The notes under the pieces: generated by a model | What the model was told of the DNA's origin: nothing | The model's database searches: none | What the model saw: only the letters and a program-made list of their open reading frames with translations | In this document: positions 57,036 to 64,000 of the stretch, one piece after another | Layout: each line of letters starts with the position of its first letter | Position numbering within the stretch: position 1 is the first letter of the stretch | Source of the DNA: an uncultured delta proteobacterium | GTDB taxonomy: Bacteria > Myxococcota_A > Polyangia > Polyangiales > Polyangiaceae | Assembly: GCA_963841435.1 (NCBI GenBank) | Contig: CAWJCS010000006.1 | Location: forward strand, 1,024,001 to 1,088,000 | Direction of reading: 5' to 3' | Length of the DNA stretch: 64,000 nucleotides | Made by a program: the position numbers and the translations under genes

Positions 57036-59674
57036 CGGCAAAGCTCAGAGTGTACGAGGTCGCTCGGGATCTCGGCATGGACCAGAAGCAGCTGGTTTCG
57101 CTGCTGCAGTCGTCCGGCGTGCCGGACGTGCGCAACCACATGAGCTCGATCGGGGCCGACGTCGTCGAGCGGATCCGTCGGCAGCTCGAGAAGCAGAAGG
57201 CCCCCGCCGTCGTCGAGGAGCGCATCCGGCCCACCGTCGTGAAGCGGCGAGCCGCCGTACGCCCTGCCGAGCCGGCCCCAGCGGCGGTCGCGGCGGCCGC
57301 CGCCGCCAAAGCGGCCGCCGAAGCACGCCCCGCGCCCGTGGTGCGACGCGCCCCGGCCCCGCCGCCCCCGCCACCCTCACACAAGGAAGAGGCGCCGCTC
57401 CCGCTGCCCGCGCCGGTCTCGGCCCCTGCTGCCGCGCCGCCAAGCGCGGCCGCGGCGGCGCCCAGCGCACCCGTGGCGGCACCCAGCGCGGCCGCGGCGG
57501 CGCCCAGCGCACCCGCGGCGGCCCCGGAGCCGCCCGCCGCACCCGTCGCTGCCCAGCCCGCACCAGCGCCCGCGGCGGCGCCCGGCCCCCCGGCGGCGCC
57601 CTCGCCCACGACGCCTCCGCCCGCGGCTGCGGCGCCGCCTCGCAGCACCGCCCCGAAGACGGGCATCGATGTCTGGGAGGGTCGTCCGGGCGTGCCCATG
57701 CCGCAGGTCCAGCGGGGCACACCCACACCCCGGCGCGTGCAGTACGACCCGAAGGCGGGCTCGATAGGGGCGCGCCCGCGCCCTGGTGCCCCGATGCCCG
57801 GCCATGGCCGGCCCGGGTTCAATCGGCCCGGCATGCGCCGGCCGTTCGGCAGCATCGCCGTTCCGCGCACCAAGGGCCCGGTCACGACGCAGGAGCGCGG
57901 TGCGCACAAGAAGGTCGTGCGTATCGAGGAGTCGGTCGGCTTGCAGACGCTCGCCGCGCGCATGCAGCTCAAGGCCACCGAGGTCTTGATGAAGCTCATG
58001 CGCCTCGGCATGACCGGCGTGAACATCAACACGACGCTCGACGCCGAAACGGCGAAGATCGTCGCCAACGAGTTCGGCTGGGAGGTCGAGGACACGGCCG
58101 TCAGCGAGGCCGATCAGCTCACTGCCGCGCGCGGCTCCGCGCCCGACGACGCGGACACTCTTCCGCGCCCCCCCATCGTGACCGTGATGGGCCACGTCGA
58201 TCACGGCAAGACGAGCCTGCTCGATCGCATCCGCAAGGCCAACGTCGTCGCGGGCGAAGCCGGCGGCATCACTCAGCACATCGGCGCCTATTCGGTGGAA
58301 ACACCGCACGGCTCGATCACGTTCCTCGACACCCCGGGTCACGAGGCTTTCACGGCCATGCGTGCACGCGGCGCCCAGGCGACCGACATCGTGGTGCTGG
58401 TCGTGGCGGCTGACGACGGCGTCATGCCGCAGACCAAGGAAGCCGTGAATCACGCCAAGGCGGCCGGCGTGCCGATCGTCGTGGCGGTCAACAAGATCGA
58501 CAAGCCGGACGCCAACACCGAGCGTGTCAAGCGCCAGCTCGCCGAGCTGGGTCTCACGCCGGAGGACTGGGGCGGCGAGACGCTCTACACCGAGGTCTCG
58601 GCTCAAACCGGAGAGGGTATCGAGAGGCTGCTCGAGCAGATCGTGCTGCAGTCGGAAGTGTTGGAGCTTCGCGCCACGCCGACGCGTCCTGCCACGGGCC
58701 TCGTGGTCGAGGCCGAGCTCGATCGCGGGCGCGGTCCCGTGGCAACGATCCTCGTGATGGACGGGACGCTCACGCGGGGCGACGTGATCCTCGCGGGCGC
58801 GGCGTACGGCAAGGTCCGCGCGATGTACGACTCGGTGGGCCGTCAGCTCGAGACCGCCGGGCCGGCGACGCCCGTTTCCGTGATCGGCCTCAGCGACGTG
58901 CCGAGCGCCGGCGACCAGGTGCACGTCGTCAAGGACATCAAGAAGGCCCAGGAGATCGCCGAAACCCGCAAGACCAAGGAGCGGCGCAGCCTCGTGCCCT
59001 CGACGGGCCAAAAGGCGCTCAACCTCGAGGACCTTCACAAGGCGCTCCAGGAAATGGAGCAGCTCGAGCTCAAGCTCATCATCAAGGCCGACGTGCAAGG
59101 TTCGGTCGAGGCGGTCGCCGAGGCGCTCACCAAGCTCACGAGCGAAAAGGTCAAGGTCGTGGTCGTCCACTCCGGGGTGGGCGCCATCACCGAGGGTGAC
59201 GTCAACCTCGCGCTCGCCGCGGCGGCCATCATCATCGGCTTCAACGTGCGGCCGGCCGGCAAGGCTGCGGCTCTCGCCCAGAAGGAAGGCGTGCCGATCC
59301 GGCAGTACACCATCATCTACAACGTCGTGGACGAGGTGAAGGCCGCCATGGAAGGCCTGCTCGCGCCCACGCAGGTGGAGAAGCTGCTCGGCAAGGCCGA
59401 GGTGCGCCAGGTCTTCCGCATCAGCAAGGCCGGCAACGTTGCCGGTTGCATGGTCGTCGAAGGCGCCATCCGGCGCTCGGCGAACGCGCGGCTCATGCGC
59501 GAGGGCGCCGAGATCTGGCAGGGCAAGCTCTCGAGCCTCAAGCGCTTCAAGGACGACGTCCGCGAGGTCAAGGAAGGCTTCGATTGCGGCATCGCGCTCG
59601 AGGGCTACGGCGAAGTGCAAGTCGGCGACGTGATCGAGGCCTACGAGATCGAACAGGTCAAGCAGACGCTCTGA
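57032..59674 (+). CDS. infB: Translation initiation factor IF-2
   Basis: RVYEVA N-domain, Pro/Ala linker, [33 protein letters not shown]. Confidence 0.98.
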   Translation: MTAKLRVYEVARDLGMDQKQLVSLLQSSGVPDVRNHMSSIGADVVERIRRQLEKQKAPAVVEERIRPTVVKRRAAVRPAEPAPAAVAAAAAAKAAAEARPAPVVRRAPAPPPPPPSHKEEAPLPLPAPVSAPAAAPPSAAAAAPSAPVAAPSAAAAAPSAPAAAPEPPAAPVAAQPAPAPAAAPGPPAAPSPTTPPPAAAAPPRSTAPKTGIDVWEGRPGVPMPQVQRGTPTPRRVQYDPKAGSIGARPRPGAPMPGHGRPGFNRPGMRRPFGSIAVPRTKGPVTTQERGAHKKVVRIEESVGLQTLAARMQLKATEVLMKLMRLGMTGVNINTTLDAETAKIVANEFGWEVEDTAVSEADQLTAARGSAPDDADTLPRPPIVTVMGHVDHGKTSLLDRIRKANVVAGEAGGITQHIGAYSVETPHGSITFLDTPGHEAFTAMRARGAQATDIVVLVVAADDGVMPQTKEAVNHAKAAGVPIVVAVNKIDKPDANTERVKRQLAELGLTPEDWGGETLYTEVSAQTGEGIERLLEQIVLQSEVLELRATPTRPATGLVVEAELDRGRGPVATILVMDGTLTRGDVILAGAAYGKVRAMYDSVGRQLETAGPATPVSVIGLSDVPSAGDQVHVVKDIKKAQEIAETRKTKERRSLVPSTGQKALNLEDLHKALQEMEQLELKLIIKADVQGSVEAVAEALTKLTSEKVKVVVVHSGVGAITEGDVNLALAAAAIIIGFNVRPAGKAAALAQKEGVPIRQYTIIYNVVDEVKAAMEGLLAPTQVEKLLGKAEVRQVFRISKAGNVAGCMVVEGAIRRSANARLMREGAEIWQGKLSSLKRFKDDVREVKEGFDCGIALEGYGEVQVGDVIEAYEIEQVKQTL

Positions 59675-59693
59675 GCGTGGCTTCGGAGCAGAC

Positions 59694-60053
59694 GTGTTCG
59701 TCGGAGTCGCCCGCCTGGTGCTCGCGATTCCGGGCGCTCGCTCGCTCAAGGACAAAAGGCGCGTCGTGAAAAGCTTGAAAGATCGCTTGCGCGCACGCTT
59801 CCCGGTATCGCTCGCGGAGATCGGCGATCTCGAGCGCTATCAGGTGGCGACGCTCGGGATCGCGGTCGTCTCCAACGAGGCCGCGCGCTGCTCGGAGGTG
59901 CTCTCGCATGCCGTCGGGCTCGCCCGCGTCGCGAAGGACGCCGTGCTCTCCGACGTTGCGACCGAGATCCTCACGCTCGGGCCCGGCGGTGGCTCGATCC
60001 AGGGCGGCATCGCCGAGCGCCTCGGCCCCCACACGAGCGGTGACGAGCCATGA
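59694..60053 (+). CDS. DUF503 (YlxP-like) protein
   Basis: SLKDKRRVVKSL.DR.R.RF.VS.AE. Confidence 0.88.
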   Translation: MFVGVARLVLAIPGARSLKDKRRVVKSLKDRLRARFPVSLAEIGDLERYQVATLGIAVVSNEAARCSEVLSHAVGLARVAKDAVLSDVATEILTLGPGGGSIQGGIAERLGPHTSGDEP

Positions 60054-60415
60054 GCGACGACAACCGCCGCCTCTTACGGGTCTCGGAGCTCGTCCGATCC
60101 CACCTCGGCACGCTCCTCGCGCGCGAGCTCGGTGACCCGGAGCTATCGAGCGTCGTCATCACCAAGGTCGAGGTTTCCAAGGACTTGTCGATTGCGCGGA
60201 TCAGCGTGCGCACGTTGATCGGCGCCGACGACCCCGAGCGCCGAAAGCGGGTGATCGTACAGCTCGGACGCGTGGCCTCGCGGCTGCGCCGTGCGCTCGG
60301 TCCGAGCCTCGGCTTGCGGCGCGTTCCGGAGCTGCGCTTCGTGTACGACACCGATCCCGACAAGTCGGCGCGCGTCGACGCGCTGCTCGCCGAGATCGAG
60401 CGCGAGAAGAACTGA
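60050..60415 (+). CDS. rbfA: Ribosome-binding factor A
   Basis: R..RVSELVR, DP, ITKVEVSKDL..A, LRRVPELRFVYD. Confidence 0.93.
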   Translation: MSDDNRRLLRVSELVRSHLGTLLARELGDPELSSVVITKVEVSKDLSIARISVRTLIGADDPERRKRVIVQLGRVASRLRRALGPSLGLRRVPELRFVYDTDPDKSARVDALLAEIEREKN

Positions 60416-60469
60416 CCGCGCGCCACGCCGAGCGAGATCGGCTCGGGGCCAAAGACTGGCGGAGTAGCG

Positions 60470-62875
60470 CTACTCCTTCTTGATCATCAGCTGCACGCGC
60501 CGGTTCTTGGCGCGATTCGCTTCGGTGGTGTTCGGCAAGAGCGGCTTGGTGTCGCCGTAGCCCTTGGCGACGACGCGCAGTGGATCGACGCCGAGCTTCA
60601 CGAGCACGTCGACCACCGCTTGGGCGCGGTCGCCGCTGAGCTTCAGGTTGTACGGCGCGCTACCCTGGTTGTCGGTGTGACCCTGCACCTCGACCGTCGT
60701 GATCTCCGAGTGGGTGTTGAGAACGTCGGCGATCTCCTCGAGGATTGCCATCGAGTCGGGCAGGATTTCGGCCGAATCGTGCTGGAAGTGGACCTGCTTC
60801 TTGAGCTTGAGCTCGCGGCCCGTGACGAGCACGTTCGGCTTCTCCGGCCGCTTGTTCATCATGATCCGCGCCACGGTGTCTTCGAGCGGGCGGATCGAAA
60901 AGTCGTTGGTGCTCGGGAAGTACCCGGGCGCCTCGGCGATGATCGTGACGCGACCGGGCGGCACGTTTTGGAACCGGAACGCCCCTCCTGCGTCCGCCGT
61001 GAGATCGAGCTCCCGGCCCCGCGTATCGCGGATCTTCACGCGTGCGCCCGAGACCGACTGTTGCGACTCGGCGTCGAACAGCGAGCCCACGACAGCGCCG
61101 AGCTGGGGCAGGGCCTCCATCTCGCAGCGCACGGCGACCTGTCCGTCGGGGCCCATCGTCGTCGGAGCGGGAGGCGGCGTCGTGGCATCGCCCATGGCGG
61201 CGTCGGGTGGCGCGGCTGGATTCGGCGGCACGGCGGCCGGTGTCGTGCCCGGAGCGCTCGGCGCCGGGACCGTGAGCAGGCACTGTCCGTCGCGATAGCC
61301 CTTGGCGCTCAGATTGAGGGTGTAGTTGCCCGGATCGAGCGGATAGCTGCGGAACGTCCCATCCTCGGCGGTCACGAAGCCCGAAATCGGACGTCCGTCG
61401 AAGCGCACCGTGGCGGTCGGCACGGGGTTGCCGCTGACCTTGTCGATCACGGTGCCGAGCACGTACGGCTCGATCTTCTGCACGGGGGCAGCGGGGGTCG
61501 GCTTCTCGACCATCTTGATGACGGGCGCGGGGGGCACGGTGTCCACGGCCCAGGCGACGCCGAACCAGAGGTTATAGGGTGGCTCGGGGGCGATCTCGTC
61601 GAGGAAATCGCTCGTTGCGCCCGTGCCGATGTCCACGGCGCCGACCAGCGACAAGCCCTGGTCGACCCAGGGGAAGACGCGAGCGCCCAGCGTGAGGCGC
61701 GAGGGTGCCGTGCCGAAGCGCTGCGCCTTCGCGAGGCAAGCCTCACCGTGTGCGGCGGCTTCGTTCTCGTCGCAGACGTAGTTCTGGCGGTTCACAGGCA
61801 CGTCGATCGTCCACTCGATGAACGGGCGCACGAACTCGTGGATGTACTCGCCGCCCAGTCCAATCTGGAAGCTGTCAACGCGATTGATGTCGAGCCCGAA
61901 ACGCTCGGTACGCTGGATGCGCTCGCCGCGACCGTCGGGCGGCGGTGTGGTTTCGACCTTGTCGACGAGGTTACCCGAATTGTCGAACATGTAGCCGAGG
62001 TTCAAGTGGAACCTCAGCGGGATCACATCGTCGTGATTCTCGTGGTTGTCGAGCGCGAGCGTCGCGAGGCCGCGCAGCGCGAAGCTCGTACCGCCGCCGT
62101 TGAACCCGACGGCACCCGTGCCATTCATGAACAAGAGCTCCGCCTGACCACCTGCCTGGAAGATCTGGTCGGGCTCCTTGGGCATGAAGCCCTTCACCGC
62201 GAGGCTCGTGTCGCCGAGCACCTGCAGGAGCTTCGGGCGGCTGCGGCTGTTGGAGGTTGCGGAGTTGTGGAGCGAGAACGACGCCTCGAGGAACGGAAAC
62301 AGCGAGGCCGAGATCCCGAGGTTCATTCCCACGCGATCGACGCTGTCGTCGTCGGTGGGCGTTTGACCGGCGTTGACGGCGGGGCACGGCGAATCGGCAT
62401 TACAGAGGAAGCCGCTCGAACCAAAGTAGCTCGAATGCAGAGAAAACCGGAACGTCCCGGGCTCTCCGGAGCCCGCTTCGAGCACGCGCATCAGGCCGAT
62501 GCCGCCGTTGAGCCCGTTGGTCTCGTGCAGCGCCGCGTTGCGACGGTTGCGCTCGGCGTTCGGGTCGCCTTCCTCACCACCGGTGGCGCTCGCGTCGGTG
62601 TTCGCTTCCGCGCCGGCAGCGCCATCCGTGCTCATTGTCGCGCCGACGCTCGCGCCTGCGGCCGCGGCTGGCGCGGCTTCGGGAGCAGGGGCGGGGGCAG
62701 CGCTCGCGTCGGGGGCTGGTGCCGCCGTCGGAGCTGGTGCCGGCGCGGCGGGCGCTTCGGCGCTGGGTAGCGGCGGCGGAGGAGGCGGAGGAGGGGGCGG
62801 CTCCTGCGCGCTCGCACGTCCGAGCAAGGCCAGCGAGCCCAAGAGGAGAAATGACGAGAGCCCGAAGCGATGCAT
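60470..62875 (-). CDS. OmpA-family outer-membrane protein (beta-barrel, carboxypeptidase-regulatory-like domains, OmpA C-terminal domain)
   Basis: SD GAGGA; signal peptide; EVQGHTD, N.KLS..RA, GYGDTKP, NRRV. Confidence 0.9.
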   Translation of the reverse strand: MHRFGLSSFLLLGSLALLGRASAQEPPPPPPPPPPLPSAEAPAAPAPAPTAAPAPDASAAPAPAPEAAPAAAAGASVGATMSTDGAAGAEANTDASATGGEEGDPNAERNRRNAALHETNGLNGGIGLMRVLEAGSGEPGTFRFSLHSSYFGSSGFLCNADSPCPAVNAGQTPTDDDSVDRVGMNLGISASLFPFLEASFSLHNSATSNSRSRPKLLQVLGDTSLAVKGFMPKEPDQIFQAGGQAELLFMNGTGAVGFNGGGTSFALRGLATLALDNHENHDDVIPLRFHLNLGYMFDNSGNLVDKVETTPPPDGRGERIQRTERFGLDINRVDSFQIGLGGEYIHEFVRPFIEWTIDVPVNRQNYVCDENEAAAHGEACLAKAQRFGTAPSRLTLGARVFPWVDQGLSLVGAVDIGTGATSDFLDEIAPEPPYNLWFGVAWAVDTVPPAPVIKMVEKPTPAAPVQKIEPYVLGTVIDKVSGNPVPTATVRFDGRPISGFVTAEDGTFRSYPLDPGNYTLNLSAKGYRDGQCLLTVPAPSAPGTTPAAVPPNPAAPPDAAMGDATTPPPAPTTMGPDGQVAVRCEMEALPQLGAVVGSLFDAESQQSVSGARVKIRDTRGRELDLTADAGGAFRFQNVPPGRVTIIAEAPGYFPSTNDFSIRPLEDTVARIMMNKRPEKPNVLVTGRELKLKKQVHFQHDSAEILPDSMAILEEIADVLNTHSEITTVEVQGHTDNQGSAPYNLKLSGDRAQAVVDVLVKLGVDPLRVVAKGYGDTKPLLPNTTEANRAKNRRVQLMIKKE

Positions 62876-63091
62876 GGTTCCTCGTATGCGGTGCGGGGGT
62901 CGGACCGGACCCCTGATTACACCCGACGACCGAAATCCCCAAGACCACCAAATCATGGGTGGGCACACTCTTACAGGCCAAACCCCTTGCTGCAAGGGTC
63001 TCGAGCTCTGGTCCCCCGGCCGGACGGGTCGTCGCCAACGCCGTTGGCGAGGGTCACCGAGCGCGCTCCTTGCTATCCTCGGCGGTCGTCG

Positions 63092-64000
63092 ATGGCCGAG
63101 GTGCTGATTCGCGTCGAGGGGCTCGAAAAGGAGTTTCGCCTGGGAATTCTGCGCCGGCGCGTGCCCGCCGTGCGTGGTGTCTCCTTCGAGGTGGCGCGCG
63201 GCGACATCTTCGGGTTCTTGGGTCCCAATGGGGCAGGCAAGACGACGACCATCAAAATGCTGACCGGTCTCATCGCCCCGACGGGCGGCCGAGCCACCGT
63301 GTTCGGCGAACCGATCGCCACGCCTCGCTCGCTCGCGAAAGTCGGCTTTTTGCCGGAGAACCCCTACGTCTACCCCTACCTCACGCCGAGCGAATTCGTG
63401 GAGCTCTGCGGGCGGCTGTCGGGGCTATCGGCACGCGCGTCGCGCGATCGCGCGAGGACGGTGCTCGATCAGGTCGGCATCGCATACGCCGCCGATCGCC
63501 CCGTGCGCCGCTTATCGAAGGGCATGCTGCAGCGTGCCGGCCTCGCCGCCGCGCTCGTGGCCGACCCCGAGCTGCTCATCCTCGACGAGCCCATGAGTGG
63601 CCTCGACCCCGTGGGTCGCAAGGAGGTGAGGGATCTCATCGTGGAGGAGCGCCGCCGCGGGCGCACGATTTTCTTTTCCACGCACATCTTGAGCGACGTC
63701 GAAACCCTGTGCGACCGCGTCACGATCTTGCGAGAAGGCGCGGTCGTCGTCAGCGGGCGGCTCGACGAGCTCTTGAACCGCGTCGTGCGGCGTACGGACG
63801 TCGTGCTTTCGCACGCAACCGAGGCGCTCGAGCGCGAGCTCGAGGGTGACTCGTTCACGGTGCGCCGCCAGGGGGAGCGCCTGCTCGTCGAGGTGCCGGG
63901 AGAGGAGGCCGGCCAGCGCGTGATCGAGCGTGCGCTGGCGGCGGGGGCCCGGGTCGTGCAGGTGACACCCGTGCACGAAACGCTCGAGGACCTGTTCGTG
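63092..64000 (+). CDS. ABC transporter ATP-binding protein (PilH-like), truncated at window end
   Basis: Hand translation MAEVLIRVEGLEKEF...GPNGAGKTT...LPENPY...LSKGMLQR...LDEPMSGLDP...STH. Confidence 0.92.
   Translation, partial: MAEVLIRVEGLEKEFRLGILRRRVPAVRGVSFEVARGDIFGFLGPNGAGKTTTIKMLTGLIAPTGGRATVFGEPIATPRSLAKVGFLPENPYVYPYLTPSEFVELCGRLSGLSARASRDRARTVLDQVGIAYAADRPVRRLSKGMLQRAGLAAALVADPELLILDEPMSGLDPVGRKEVRDLIVEERRRGRTIFFSTHILSDVETLCDRVTILREGAVVVSGRLDELLNRVVRRTDVVLSHATEALERELEGDSFTVRRQGERLLVEVPGEEAGQRVIERALAAGARVVQVTPVHETLEDLFV

Noticed and set aside
57230-57660. Pro/Ala tandem repeats in infB
   Set aside because: An ordinary low-complexity IF-2 N-terminal linker.
60470-62875. OmpA protein as TraB of outer-membrane exchange
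   Set aside because: No TSP3 repeats and no adjacent TraA-like gene.

Overview
Very GC-rich bacterial chromosomal segment. Gene content (many Ser/Thr kinases, Gly-rich lipoproteins, TPR/PEGA-like proteins, a sigma-54 activator) suggests Myxococcota, probably a Polyangiaceae-like organism (inference). It holds about 55 densely packed CDS. Housekeeping genes include panB-panC-tmk, an E1-alpha gene with lpdA, pspA, cls, lysA, pyk, a serA-like gene and rimP-nusA-ylxR/ylxQ-infB-ylxP-rbfA. I saw no rRNA, tRNA, CRISPR array or mobile element. Main highlights: (1) A tightly coupled operon at 41640-49114 encodes a membrane Ser/Thr kinase, a pentaheme c cytochrome, a [cNMP]2-[4Fe-4S]4-diheme-b membrane protein and a tetraheme-c/Fe-S/circularly permuted NADPH-flavoprotein fusion; this is a candidate cyclic-nucleotide- and kinase-gated trans-membrane electron wire. 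(2) A large lipoprotein at 16952-19507 carries a symmetric 7+2+7 cysteine repeat ladder (predicted disulfide-stapled hairpin with a hydrophobic tip) and sits behind a sigma-54 promoter with tandem palindromic enhancer-like sites. (3) Smaller points: an orphan FlhB/SctU gene, a thymidylate kinase lacking the P-loop Lys, recurrent leaderless-promoter signatures, and three +1 frameshifts that are probably sequencing errors. All calls come from reading motifs by eye; no searches were run.
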